Origin: a candidate division FCPU426 bacterium
GTDB taxonomy: Bacteria; Oederibacteriota; Muellerivitia; Muellerivitales; Muellerivitaceae
DNA: 49,017 nt
Assembly (NCBI GenBank): GCA_023249615.1
Contig: JAHFCG010000003.1
Coordinates: 1-49,017, forward strand
Direction of reading: 5' to 3'
Position 1 is the first letter of the stretch, and every line of letters starts with the position of its first letter. Positions 39,246 to 49,017 of this stretch are shown here, one piece after another. A program made the translations under genes and the position numbers. A model generated the notes under the pieces. It worked only from the letters and a program-made list of their open reading frames with translations, did no database searches and was not told the origin of the DNA.

Positions 39246-40235
39246 TTACGGACCGAACTTAACAATGCGGCTATTACCCGAATCGATACCGTAAATATTG
39301 CCGGTTGAGTCCACCGCGATGCCGTCCATATCGCTGAAGGCGGTGGTTCCTCCGCCCCATTGGGCCACGTAAATTCCCATACTGGTGAATTGCTCAATTC
39401 TGGAATTGCCGGAGTCGGCAACGTAGACATTTCCGCTGGAAGAAACCGCCACGCCATCGGCATCATAAAATTGGCCGTTTCCGCTTCCGGAGCTCCCCCA
39501 TTGAAGAAGAAAGGTTCCGGTGTTTGAAAATTTTTTGATCATACTCAACCCGTCATCGCAAACGTAAACGCTTCCGGTTGAATCAACCCCGACCCCGACG
39601 GGATCTGAAAAGGCCCCACTTCCGGAGCCCGAACCTCCCCACTGGGTTACATAAACGCCGGCGGTGGTGAATTTTTGCACCCTGGCGTTGTTTTCGTCCA
39701 CCACGTAAACGTTATTTGTGGAATCAACCGCAAGGGCCCAAGAGGAGGCAAATTGCCCATTTCCGGTTCCGTAAGTTCCCCATTGGGTTGAATAAACCCC
39801 GGCACCAGTAAAAACTTGAATGCGGTTGTTGCTTGAATCCGCGACATAAACGTTTCCGGCGGCATCAAGTGCGATTCCGCTGGGGCCGGAAAACTGCCCA
39901 TTGGCCGAACCGGCGGTTCCCCATTGTGAAAGATAAGTTCCGGTGCTGGAAAATTTTTGAACCCGATCGTTGGAATAGTCCGCCAAATAAATATTCCCGG
40001 CGGCGTCTACGGCCAGACTTTGGGGAAGGCCCATTTGGCCGTTGCCGGATCCGGAACTTCCAAATTGGAGAAGGAAGGGATGCCCCCCCGAACCCCCGGA
40101 CCCACCCATGGGAATGGTCGTCCATTTGTTTAGGGGACCCGTGGGAGTTTCGGAACAACCGGCGGACAGGACCAGAAGGGCGGTTAAAAGGATTGAAAAG
40201 GGGATGACAACCTGGGATTGATTGACTGGCTTCAC
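39246..40235 (-). CDS. NHL-repeat beta-propeller lipoprotein
   Basis: Lipobox SAGC; six repeats of QWG..GSGNGQF..P.GIAVD..GNVYVAD..N.RIQ.F. Confidence 0.9.
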   Translation of the reverse strand: MKPVNQSQVVIPFSILLTALLVLSAGCSETPTGPLNKWTTIPMGGSGGSGGHPFLLQFGSSGSGNGQMGLPQSLAVDAAGNIYLADYSNDRVQKFSSTGTYLSQWGTAGSANGQFSGPSGIALDAAGNVYVADSSNNRIQVFTGAGVYSTQWGTYGTGNGQFASSWALAVDSTNNVYVVDENNARVQKFTTAGVYVTQWGGSGSGSGAFSDPVGVGVDSTGSVYVCDDGLSMIKKFSNTGTFLLQWGSSGSGNGQFYDADGVAVSSSGNVYVADSGNSRIEQFTSMGIYVAQWGGGTTAFSDMDGIAVDSTGNIYGIDSGNSRIVKFGP

Positions 40236-40697
40236 GAAGGCCTCCTAAGGGTCCAAAAAATATTTTGCGTTGTTTAAAGTGTTGTATCTCAAGGACTTGC
40301 TTCAGCAAGCCGAGCCGCTATCGTGGGTGAATTAAACCCATCAGGCCCTTTCAACAGAGGTTCCCGTGGATTTCCTTAAAACAATGCCAATAATATATCA
40401 CCCTTCCAAATCAAAATAAACAATCCAGGCCTGGAGCTCTAGGAAAATAGGCCTTTTTCACCTGTTGCCACCGGTTCAGAATCCGGGCGTTCCCAACCCA
40501 CAAGTTTTTTAACCCGGGGTGGCCCGGGTGGAAAATTCGGGGAACATCCGCCCCCCTAGAGAAATTTTTTTGAGTTAGGTTCAAGTTTACAGGTTTAAAT
40601 TTATTTTAAACCGCTCTGAAATTTAAATGTTATGGTATTGAAATTCCGGGAGGCGACCCCCGGACATTTAAAATTTTAAAACAAAACTGGAAATTAC

Positions 40698-41414
40698 ATG
40701 CCGTCGGTTTTTGCCAGCGTAAGTGTCACACTCATTCTTTTTTATCTTGCCACCTTGGGAATGGCGTATATTCATCATCCGCCCTTCACCCTGGACCTTC
40801 ACATGATCTGGGGTCTTTTTACGGCAACACTCATCGTCCTCCTTCAATGCCTGATCTTCGGATTTTTTATCGGAAGCGGAAAATCCATCAAAAGCGCGGT
40901 CAAGGAAAATGGTTTAAGCCAGGAATGGATTCAAAAAACCAGGGATTATAAAAACCAATCCTATCCGGCACTGATGCTGGCCATTCTCGTTTCCGCCGCC
41001 GCGGCGATCCTGGGGGGCGGGGTAGCGGCCGGAGCGGTCAGGGTTTCGGTACACCAAGGTTTTGTGTGGCTGGCTCTTGGGTTAAATATTCGTTCCCTTT
41101 GGATTTCGTATAAAGTGGTCGTGGAAAATGTGAACGCGATCCACCATATCAACGAGGAAATACAAAAAGCGAAAAAGGGGAACCAAATCCCGGCCCCACC
41201 AGAACCCTTCCAGCCAAAAGAGACCGCCCCAAATCGTGTTCATCAAAACAAAGCCGCGAATTTGTTTTTTCTTTCTTTCGCCGTTTGGATCCCTTACCTT
41301 TACATGCGGTGGTCCCTGGGAAGCCGAAATTTTCCTTTTTGGCCTTTTTTGGTCTTAAGCACCCTTTGTTTGCTTGCGGGTTTGTGGAAAACACGGAAAA
41401 ATTCCCTCCATTGA
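40698..41414 (+). CDS. Hypothetical polytopic membrane protein
   Basis: About six TM helices with intramembrane His (LHM, VHQ) and FFIGSGK. Confidence 0.65.
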   Translation: MPSVFASVSVTLILFYLATLGMAYIHHPPFTLDLHMIWGLFTATLIVLLQCLIFGFFIGSGKSIKSAVKENGLSQEWIQKTRDYKNQSYPALMLAILVSAAAAILGGGVAAGAVRVSVHQGFVWLALGLNIRSLWISYKVVVENVNAIHHINEEIQKAKKGNQIPAPPEPFQPKETAPNRVHQNKAANLFFLSFAVWIPYLYMRWSLGSRNFPFWPFLVLSTLCLLAGLWKTRKNSLH

Positions 41415-41562
41415 GACCACTTAAATCCAAAAAACTTTATTTTTTAATATCCCTGTGAAATAAATAAGCTAAAATGCCGCCTGTTCTTCTTTCAAAGTTT
41501 TAAATAGGATGGTTTTTGAGGTTTTAAAAAGACCCGGTTCAACGAGGTTCTGAAACGAATTC

Positions 41563-42324
41563 ATGAAGACCCCAAACCCCAAAATTTTAAATTTTACCCT
41601 GTCCGTTTTGGTTTGCGGGGGAGTGTTTGTTTCGACAGGGAATTCCCTCGCGGATGAACCAAATGATTATTTACACTCAAGAACCTATTGCGGGGTTTTG
41701 GGAACCTCCATAAGTGTTGACTCCGGAGGTCTTTTAAGCGGGAAAAATTATTCTCGTCTTGATGGGCCTTATGAAATTGTCCTGCTGCCGGCCCTGGCCC
41801 AAAATTTTGGTTTTGGCTTTTTCGCCGGCCATCGCGAGGAGGCTTTTGCCCTGGAGTTGGGTTTTTTCCAATCCAATCACACGGCTTCTTTTGGTCCCGC
41901 GTCGGTTACCTCCGCGACGGTAACCGCCCCGGTTGATATTCCCCTCTCCCAGGATTCTGCGGTTTATCGTTCCGTAAATCTCGATTTCAAAAGATATTTT
42001 TTTACGGAAACCCAAACTCAGCCCTTTATCAACATCGGGATCTGTTTTCCTTGGATGGAGGTTTCCAACGGGGCCGCGGACTCCAAAGGAAACTTTACCG
42101 CTTTAACCCTCGCCGGTTTAGGCCTTAATTTGGGAATTGGGATGGAATATTATTTGACCCCCAATATTTCCCTGGTGGGCGCGGCTACCCAGCGCTGGGC
42201 GAGTTTCGATCAGTTTAGGGGTTTTACAACCCAATTTCGAAATCTGGTCGTTCAGGGACCCGCCATGAGCGACGAGGGAAGCGGCCTTAATTTCACACTT
42301 GGAACAACGCTTGGTTTTCAATGA
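41563..42324 (+). CDS. Small outer-membrane beta-barrel, paralog 1
   Basis: Signal peptide; KRYF, QPF.NIG, GLNLGIGMEYY, C-terminal GTTLGFQ. Confidence 0.75.
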   Translation: MKTPNPKILNFTLSVLVCGGVFVSTGNSLADEPNDYLHSRTYCGVLGTSISVDSGGLLSGKNYSRLDGPYEIVLLPALAQNFGFGFFAGHREEAFALELGFFQSNHTASFGPASVTSATVTAPVDIPLSQDSAVYRSVNLDFKRYFFTETQTQPFINIGICFPWMEVSNGAADSKGNFTALTLAGLGLNLGIGMEYYLTPNISLVGAATQRWASFDQFRGFTTQFRNLVVQGPAMSDEGSGLNFTLGTTLGFQ

Positions 42325-42353
42325 AAAATTTTAAACGGCGGAAAGAATCATTT

Positions 42354-43370
42354 ATGAAACGATTTTTAATACTTTCCTTTTTCGGGATTGCGGGTCTCTT
42401 CGCTATTTGGGCAAATGTATCCTGCACGACGTCGGTTCCTTCAACGGCCAATTTTCAAAATCCCCTACAAACCATTGTGGCGATTAACCCCACCTTCACC
42501 TTTACCCCGACTTTCACCCCGACTTTTACCCCGACAGCCACCGGCACGCCCACTCCCTTTGTTACCCAATCTCCCTGGACGGGCTTTAATAATCCTCAAG
42601 CCGTCGCGGTTGATAATCATTTGGCGAACTCCGGGATCTTTATCGCAGACGCGAACAACAACCAGGTCAAAAAATACAACACCAACGGAACGCTGGATAA
42701 TGCCTGGGGAGAGGGGGGAAAAGGGAAGGGGAAAATCGCTTTTCAAAATCCTTTGAGCTTGGCGGTGGACGGAAGCGGAAATCTTTATGTAGTCGGGGGA
42801 TTAAGCGGGGTCAACAAATACAACATCGCCGGTGATTTGATCAACCAGTTCAATGCGGTTACCTTTTCCAACCCCCGGGGCGTCGCGGTGGACGGGAGCG
42901 GACTCATTTACGTAAGTGACCAGGCGAATAACCGGATCGTCCAGCTGGATGCTAATGGAAATCCTGGAACCGGATTCGGAGGGGCTGGTGCCGTTACCCT
43001 GTCCTCGCCGGTGACGGCTCTCTACGGCATAGTCGTGGATCCCACCAATACCTTTATCTATGTCGCGGTCCGCTGTAACACCACTTTTAGTTCACTTTAC
43101 GGCTTTACCCTGGGCTCGGGAACCCCCGTTACCACGATCACGGGGTTTGTCAGCCCCAACGGGATCGCCTTTGACCAGAACCAAAATCTATATGTTACGG
43201 ATTTGGGTCCAGCGAGAGTCGAGGAATTTTTAGCGGGCCAATTTGTTTCCCCTAACCTGGTTTATGGAAGCGGTAACCTCAGCAATCCCACCGGAATAGC
43301 GGTGGACAACAGCGGCAACATTTATGTGGCAGATTCGGCGAATAACAACGTCGTCGTGTTTTTACCTTAG
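42354..43370 (+). CDS. NHL-repeat lipoprotein with a TPTF stalk
   Basis: Signal ending NVSC; PTFTFTPTFTPT; repeated P.G.AVD..G.IYV.D..NN. Confidence 0.85.
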   Translation: MKRFLILSFFGIAGLFAIWANVSCTTSVPSTANFQNPLQTIVAINPTFTFTPTFTPTFTPTATGTPTPFVTQSPWTGFNNPQAVAVDNHLANSGIFIADANNNQVKKYNTNGTLDNAWGEGGKGKGKIAFQNPLSLAVDGSGNLYVVGGLSGVNKYNIAGDLINQFNAVTFSNPRGVAVDGSGLIYVSDQANNRIVQLDANGNPGTGFGGAGAVTLSSPVTALYGIVVDPTNTFIYVAVRCNTTFSSLYGFTLGSGTPVTTITGFVSPNGIAFDQNQNLYVTDLGPARVEEFLAGQFVSPNLVYGSGNLSNPTGIAVDNSGNIYVADSANNNVVVFLP

Positions 43371-43396
43371 CACTTTGGAAAAGGCGGAATAGCTGA

Positions 43397-44590
43397 ATGA
43401 AAAAGGTTTTTCTCCTCTTGATGATCACGTTCGGTTTTGTGTTAACTCTACCCATGGGCTGCGGCAATACCCCCACGAGTCCAGCCAACACGCCCGTGCC
43501 TACCCCAACCCTTTGGGCCGGGTATACCGCCACACCAATCGGAACTTGGCTTACTTCCACTCCCACTTTCACGGGAACACTTTCGCCTACGGTTTGGTTG
43601 TCCTATACCCCAACTTTAACTCCCACCATCACCTCCACACCGACTAATACCTTAACCCCCACCATCTCGTACACCCCGACCATTACCGGGACCCCCACGA
43701 ACACGGCAACTTTGACTTTTACCGCAACACCCACCAACACCTTCACTGTGACGAACACCTTTACAACCCCCCTGCCCACCCAAACCGGTACCCCCTGGAT
43801 TGCCGCCTATCCCCCCAACGGTTTGACGGCCAACAACGCGGGAACCACTATTTATGTCGCCGAAGGGGCGGGGGGTGGTTTTCCGGGAGCGGTCCAGGTT
43901 TTCTCCTCTGCCGGGATTTCCCTCGGGCTTTGGTACACCTACAGTGCGGGAGCCTCGTTTGGCCAGCCCTACGGTATTTCTGTCGATTCCTCGGGAGATG
44001 TTTTTGTACTCGATTCGGACAAAAAAACCGTTTATGAATTAAATCCCGCTGGCACTTCTCTTCTAAATTCCTGGAGTTCCTGGACGGGGGGCGCGGTGAC
44101 CACTTTCTTAAATCCTGAGGGCATCGCCATCGACTCGGGCAACAACGTTTATGTGGCGGATACAGATAACGCCACCGTCGAGAAATTTTCCCCCACCGGG
44201 ACCTATTTGAGCGACTGGAGCAACTGGTCCGGGGGTTCGGTCACCGCATTTTCCATTCCCAGCGCAGTAGCACTGGACGGAGCGGGAAATATTTATGTCG
44301 CCGACGCTGGCACCGGTTTGATCAATGTTTTCAGCGCGCCCGGGGTTTACGCCAACCAGTGGTCGACGGTTCTAGGGTCCGATATTTTCGGAATTTTTAT
44401 TAACGGAAGCGTACTTTACGCCGCGGATTCTGGAAACAGCCAAATCCAGGCCTATAGCTTGAGCGGGAACTTATTGACGGCGGGGCCGAATTCCAATCCC
44501 CTAATTAGTCCGGACGGGATTATCACACTGGGCGCAAACCTTCTCGTTTCGGATTTCGCCAATAACAAGATCTATCAATTTATCCCTTGA
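43397..44590 (+). CDS. NHL-repeat lipoprotein with a long Thr/Pro stalk
   Basis: Lipobox PMGC; about 110 aa T/P-rich region; NHL repeats. Confidence 0.85.
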   Translation: MKKVFLLLMITFGFVLTLPMGCGNTPTSPANTPVPTPTLWAGYTATPIGTWLTSTPTFTGTLSPTVWLSYTPTLTPTITSTPTNTLTPTISYTPTITGTPTNTATLTFTATPTNTFTVTNTFTTPLPTQTGTPWIAAYPPNGLTANNAGTTIYVAEGAGGGFPGAVQVFSSAGISLGLWYTYSAGASFGQPYGISVDSSGDVFVLDSDKKTVYELNPAGTSLLNSWSSWTGGAVTTFLNPEGIAIDSGNNVYVADTDNATVEKFSPTGTYLSDWSNWSGGSVTAFSIPSAVALDGAGNIYVADAGTGLINVFSAPGVYANQWSTVLGSDIFGIFINGSVLYAADSGNSQIQAYSLSGNLLTAGPNSNPLISPDGIITLGANLLVSDFANNKIYQFIP

Positions 44591-44830
44591 ACCCCGGGAG
44601 TGGAGCCTAAAAGCTTATTTATCAGACTCTTCCCCGGCCGGCCTTATTTTAATTTTTAAAAGAGCCGGGAAATGGCCTGGAATATCCATTGCCCATGTCC
44701 TTTCCCGCAAAACCTCAAAGTTTCCCTTATCTTTCCGAAACTCCTGGGTTAAAATACTCCTTCAAAGAGGCCAATAAAGGGTTTTTTTGGCCTGCTTCCG
44801 TGAATGAAAAAATTCAAGGATGGACAATTA

Positions 44831-45625
44831 ATGAAATGGATTAAAGCCTTTGGTGGGTTGATGATTTTGGCTTTTTTGGGAGCGGTTGGTTCCCCTGTTT
44901 TGGCGGAAGATGGTTTTGGCGATAAATCGGATGATTTGATTAAAAGCCGGACCTACATAGGAGGTCTTGGCATTTCTTCCAATATCGATCAATGGGGGGA
45001 TTTCAACGGAGTTAATTATCTCCAATTCGGCCCCACCACCATCTCCGCAGGTAGTACACAGGTTTCAAATCCTGAAATTGACTTTATACCGGCCATTACA
45101 AGAAATTTTGGATGGGGAGCCATGGCGGGGCACCGGGAGGGGCCATGGGCGGCGGAAATAAGTTTTTGGCGAAGCGAGCATAACGCTGTTTACTATACAT
45201 CCGGAGGATCGGTTACCATTTCCGACCCGGCCAGCCTTCAATCCGTTAATCTTGATGTCAAAAGATATTTTCTCACCCAAATCCCCACCCAGCCTTTTTT
45301 AAGCGTGGGTTTCAGCTTACCCTGGCTTTGGGTCCGGCAGGGTTCCTATCTTTATGACCCGACTCTTACCACTCCTTTGGCCAACAATGATTTGACCATT
45401 TCAGGAATTGGCTTGAATTTGGCCGTTGGGATGGAAATTTACCTGGGGGATCAATTTTCCCTGGTGGGCGGCGCGGGCCGGCGTTGGGCCGGTTTTGATC
45501 AGGTTAACGGAGCTACCAAAATTCCTTTAAATCAAATTTACTTTAACGGAAACCCCGCAAACGTTTCCTCCCTAGCTGGTGACGGTTACAATTTTTATAT
45601 TGGAACCACGGTTGGTTTTGAATAA
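44831..45625 (+). CDS. Small outer-membrane beta-barrel, paralog 2
   Basis: Shares SRTY, NFG.G..AGHRE, SVNLD.KRYF, TQPF, PW, GME.YL, SLVG.A..RWA.FDQ and GTT.GF with 41563-42324; start either 44804 or 44831. Confidence 0.75.
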   Translation: MKWIKAFGGLMILAFLGAVGSPVLAEDGFGDKSDDLIKSRTYIGGLGISSNIDQWGDFNGVNYLQFGPTTISAGSTQVSNPEIDFIPAITRNFGWGAMAGHREGPWAAEISFWRSEHNAVYYTSGGSVTISDPASLQSVNLDVKRYFLTQIPTQPFLSVGFSLPWLWVRQGSYLYDPTLTTPLANNDLTISGIGLNLAVGMEIYLGDQFSLVGGAGRRWAGFDQVNGATKIPLNQIYFNGNPANVSSLAGDGYNFYIGTTVGFE

Positions 45626-45778
45626 TCCCTTTTTATTTTTGGCCTAGGTTTATGGATATCAAACCCGCGCATTGACCATTTGGGCCAAAAAAAGAGGTTT
45701 TTCGTGGTTTGGGCAGAAAAAGGCAAAGTCGGGTAAAATAATGCCTGCGGATGTTCGCAAGTTTCCTTGAGGTGAAAA

Positions 45779-47044
45779 ATGAAAAGATTTTTGACCGTTA
45801 TCCTGGTCCTTTTGGGGTTAATTTTTCCTTTTGCCTGCTCCGAGAATAAACCCAATCCGGTTAATCCAAGTCCCATTATTGGAGCCACCTTTACACCCAC
45901 CGGAACACTTCCTACAGCCACATTCACCTTTTCGCCAACGCCCACCGGGACTTTGGCCACCGCGACTTTTACCTATACCGGAACCGTGTCCACCGCGACC
46001 TTTACCTTTACCCCCACACCCACCTGGACTTTTATTGCCGCGCCACCTTTTAGTTCAAACTGGGCGGCTTCAGCCGCTCCCAATGGTTTTTATTATAACG
46101 GCGGTACTCTTTACATTGTGGAAGGGGAAGTGGCGGGCGGGGGAAATCCAACCATGTTTGAAACATTTAACACGGCTGCGCCGGCTCCTCCTTCGGCGCA
46201 GGGGAATATTGCCGTGTTGGGAATTCCCACCCCCGGGTTGACCCCTCCTTGGCAAGGGACCCAGGCTGTTTTGAAACTTCCCCAGGGGATCGCTTTTACT
46301 CCAGCATTCGGGGGATGGTTTGCGTTGCTGGACCAAACATCCGGGACAGACGCCATTTTATATGAATCACCTTATTACTTTATGGGTCCTGAAACAGATT
46401 ACACCACCAGTTATGGAGGCGCCCCTTTTGTTTCCCCGAAAGCGGTTGTGGGTGATTCTTTGGGAAACTTTTATGTCGCTGACACCGGCCGAGGCTATGT
46501 GGATATGTTCGGTGTTGGCTGCGCTTGCGCCAATGCGCCTTACAACAATCCCCCCTGGCTTCACCGCTGGTACGGGCCTTCCGTTCCGGTCACGTTTAAA
46601 AGACCTAACACGCTTGCCATTAGCCCTAGTACAAGTCCTTTAGGTGCGAGGGACCATGTTTTTGTGGGCGATTCTGGGTACACCCCCTCTAAACTTCAGG
46701 AATATGCCTCCGGCGGGACAACCATTTTGGGCTCGTGGGATTTAATTCCCAACTGTGTCATCAATGGTTTGGCCGTGGATGACGCGGGAAACATTTATGT
46801 CTCCGACACGGGTAACGGGGGACAGGTTGAGGAATATCGAATCAGCCCCTATCCGACTGTTCCAACCTCCACCCTTTCACTCGTAAGAAAGTGGGGAGAT
46901 CCGCTAAGCCCCAATGAGCTTTATCCTTTTGTTCCTTCCTGTATTTCATTAATTCCCGGGGCTCCCTCCGGCTTGAGTACGCCTAGCCAAATTATTGTGG
47001 GAGACACTGGAAACGACTTTATCCAGGTTTTCACGGGGCCTTAA
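45779..47044 (+). CDS. Divergent NHL-repeat lipoprotein with an ATFTF/TPT stalk
   Basis: Lipobox PFAC; repeated ATFTFTPT; GNFYVADTG, GLAVDDAGNIYVSDTGN. Confidence 0.8.
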   Translation: MKRFLTVILVLLGLIFPFACSENKPNPVNPSPIIGATFTPTGTLPTATFTFSPTPTGTLATATFTYTGTVSTATFTFTPTPTWTFIAAPPFSSNWAASAAPNGFYYNGGTLYIVEGEVAGGGNPTMFETFNTAAPAPPSAQGNIAVLGIPTPGLTPPWQGTQAVLKLPQGIAFTPAFGGWFALLDQTSGTDAILYESPYYFMGPETDYTTSYGGAPFVSPKAVVGDSLGNFYVADTGRGYVDMFGVGCACANAPYNNPPWLHRWYGPSVPVTFKRPNTLAISPSTSPLGARDHVFVGDSGYTPSKLQEYASGGTTILGSWDLIPNCVINGLAVDDAGNIYVSDTGNGGQVEEYRISPYPTVPTSTLSLVRKWGDPLSPNELYPFVPSCISLIPGAPSGLSTPSQIIVGDTGNDFIQVFTGP

Positions 47045-47078
47045 TTTTTTCAGGTTTTTGATTTAAAACACCTTCCTA

Positions 47079-47108
47079 AAAAGCCGGGGGATTTCCTCCG
47101 GCTTTTTT
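47079..47108 (+). terminator. Intrinsic terminator
   Basis: aaaagccggggg-attt-cctccggctttttt. Confidence 0.85.
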
Positions 47109-47246
47109 CGTTCCAGGTAAAACAAGATTAGAGTTTTGCTCTAAAGCGCAAAACATAACTCGACCGCCAAAAAGGGCATTTTTGTTTTTCTGGAGCGGTA
47201 TGTTAGGATGCTTTTTCTTTTAAACAATTAATGTTTTCCGAGGTTC

Positions 47247-47873
47247 ATGATGCTCCAAGCCATTAAAGCTTTTGCCCTTCTGGGCGGCGACTGGATTCTT
47301 TATATCCTGATTGGCCTTTCCCTTTGGTGCCTGGCGGTCATTTGGGACAGGTTCTTTTTGTTTAGGTCCAAAGCCAGGGACTCGGAACTTTTGGGAAACC
47401 AGGTTCCGGAATTATTCGCCAAAGGCCAAATCCAGCCCATTTTAAAATTGGTTGAAAACGCCACTTCTCCGGAAGGAATTATTTTAAAAGAAGGGATTTC
47501 CAATCTTTCCTTGGAAAGGGAAGGGCTGGAATCACTCCTTGAAAGCGTCAAGATCAGGGAAAAACTGGCCCTGGAAAAGAATTTGCTGGTCTTGGGAACC
47601 TTGGGCAACAACGCGCCTTTCATTGGTTTGTTCGGTACGGTTTTGGGAATTATCAAGGCTTTCAATGATCTTGCGATCGCAGGCACCTCGGGACCTTCCA
47701 TCGTCATGCGGGGTGTTTCGGAAGCGCTGGTCGCGACCGCGATGGGACTTCTGATCGCCATCCCGGCGGTGGCGTCCTACAATTATTTCCAGGGCCAAAT
47801 CAAAAGGTCCATGCTCAACGCGGAACGCCTCGCCTGCCTGCTTCTGGCCTTCAGGCAAAAAAAGAAAAGGTAA
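47247..47873 (+). CDS. exbB: ExbB/TolQ/MotA proton channel
   Basis: LGTLGNNAPFIGLFGTVLGII.AF, GVSEALVATA.GL..AIPA. Confidence 0.9.
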   Translation: MMLQAIKAFALLGGDWILYILIGLSLWCLAVIWDRFFLFRSKARDSELLGNQVPELFAKGQIQPILKLVENATSPEGIILKEGISNLSLEREGLESLLESVKIREKLALEKNLLVLGTLGNNAPFIGLFGTVLGIIKAFNDLAIAGTSGPSIVMRGVSEALVATAMGLLIAIPAVASYNYFQGQIKRSMLNAERLACLLLAFRQKKKR

Positions 47874-47876
47874 AAC

Positions 47877-48281
47877 GTGGGATTCGCTCAAAAGGACCAG
47901 GACGAGGCCATCACCCAGATCAACGTGGTGCCGCTGGTCGATATCATGCTGGTCCTCCTTATTATTTTCATGCTAACGGCTAGTTTCATTTCTACCCCCT
48001 CAATACCGGTGACCGTTCCCAAAGCCATGACCTCCAACCCCACGGCTCCCGCCAGCCAGGCCCTGGTGTTAAGCACCAAGGGTGAAATTTTTTATCAAAA
48101 CAAGATCATCGAAAAGGAAAAGCTTCGGATTGTCCTGAAGGAAGCCGCCGCCCTGAACCCCGAATTAAGAATTGTCCTTTCCGCGGATGCCGCGGCTTCC
48201 CACGGCAAGGTGGTGGAGCTTCTTGACCTCGTCCGGCAGGCGGGCGTGACCAGGATCGCTTTGGGAGTATCCAACCCTTGA
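47877..48281 (+). CDS. exbD: ExbD/TolR biopolymer transporter
   Basis: INVVPLVDIMLVLLIIFM, ADA....G.VV..LD. Confidence 0.92.
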   Translation: MGFAQKDQDEAITQINVVPLVDIMLVLLIIFMLTASFISTPSIPVTVPKAMTSNPTAPASQALVLSTKGEIFYQNKIIEKEKLRIVLKEAAALNPELRIVLSADAAASHGKVVELLDLVRQAGVTRIALGVSNP

Positions 48282-48889
48282 ACCCCCGAACCTTTCTTTC
48301 CCTTTCCCTCAAACCCTGGTTTTTTTCCCTAGGGACCCACCTGTTGTTTTTCCTGGTTTTAATTTTTTTCGGGCGAACCCATGTCCTGGATTTAACTTCC
48401 ATCGATCTGGATTCATTGCCCTCTCCCAAAATTTCCATCGGTTTGAACCAGCCCCCGCCGGACGAGGAATGGCAGAACCCCCAAATGATTAATAAGCCCG
48501 TTCCTCCCATTCCGAAAGCCCAACCCAAACCGGAGCCGGCCGCGGCGGGTCCGGTAGGCCCGCCCTCCCCGACGGGGGAAGAGGGGACCGGAACCTACAA
48601 ATCCATCGCCCAGGTGGGCCAATTGCCAAGGTTTATCAATCAAGTGAAACCGGAATTCCCTGAATCCGCCAAACTCGCCGATATTACGGGAGTTGTCATT
48701 TTACAAGTGGACATTGACGCCACCGGTGCGGTAAAAAAGGTGGGCTTAATTCAAGGTTTGGGGTACGGTTGTGACGAAGCGGCCATTCAGGCCCTGACGC
48801 AGTCAACCTTCGCCCCTGGTTACGATGGCGGTCTACCCGTTCCGGTTAAGGGGCTCACGGTCCGCTACCGGTTTAAATGGAACGATTAA
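48278..48889 (+). CDS. tonB: Energy transducer TonB
   Basis: N-terminal TM with S..H, Pro-rich linker, P.FP..A....ITG.V.L...ID..G.V, GYGCDEAA. Confidence 0.9.
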   Translation: MNPRTFLSLSLKPWFFSLGTHLLFFLVLIFFGRTHVLDLTSIDLDSLPSPKISIGLNQPPPDEEWQNPQMINKPVPPIPKAQPKPEPAAAGPVGPPSPTGEEGTGTYKSIAQVGQLPRFINQVKPEFPESAKLADITGVVILQVDIDATGAVKKVGLIQGLGYGCDEAAIQALTQSTFAPGYDGGLPVPVKGLTVRYRFKWND

Positions 48890-48914
48890 TTATTTCGGAG
48901 AGGAGCAAGTTCCC

Positions 48915-49017
48915 ATGAAAATTTCCTGGAAAGGTTTTTTAGCCCTCCTTTTTATGTTGGTCGCAGGCTTAAGGGGCACGGCCCAGGCGGGCCAGCAGAT
49001 TTATTTATCCGAATCCC
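48915..49017 (+). CDS. N-terminus of an exported protein, truncated by the window (TonB-dependent receptor plausible from context only)
   Basis: MKISWKGFLALLFMLVAGLRGTAQA signal peptide; GGAGAGGAG RBS; follows tonB. Confidence 0.55.
   Translation, partial: MKISWKGFLALLFMLVAGLRGTAQAGQQIYLSES

Noticed and set aside
40290-40380. Possible c-di-GMP-I riboswitch upstream of the NHL lipoprotein (GGGCCTGA...GATAGCGG on the minus strand)
   Set aside because: The GGCAAAC and GACGCAAA core elements are not recognisable; a cmscan would be needed

Overview
49-kb window of a diderm (outer-membrane-bearing) bacterial chromosome with moderate GC; no rRNA, CRISPR array, integrase or transposase was seen. 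Housekeeping genes: cobB, aroK, gpsA, sodC, cysH, zwf-opcA-pgl, tkt, a peroxiredoxin, dCMP deaminase, serS, beta-carbonic anhydrase, ald and two tRNA-Ser genes. These are mixed with many envelope genes: predicted beta-barrels, lipoproteins with Thr/Pro-rich stalks, a GT39/ArnT-like glycosyltransferase, a prepilin and a carotenoid hydratase/glycosyltransferase pair. The best candidate for an undescribed system is at about 41.5-49 kb: a duplicated module of a small beta-barrel plus Thr/Pro-stalked NHL-repeat lipoprotein(s), directly upstream of exbB-exbD-tonB. Other notable items: tRNA-half pseudo-copies carrying a shared ~66-bp insert between the two tRNA-Ser genes; a near-perfect 471-bp domain duplication; a PAP2/AUR1-like protein fused to a degenerate PPDK-type ATP-grasp domain; a prepilin with no canonical start codon for its leader; a head-to-head gene pair about 3 bp apart; and several distinct families of short palindromic intergenic elements. 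All family assignments come from motif recognition by eye, not database searches.
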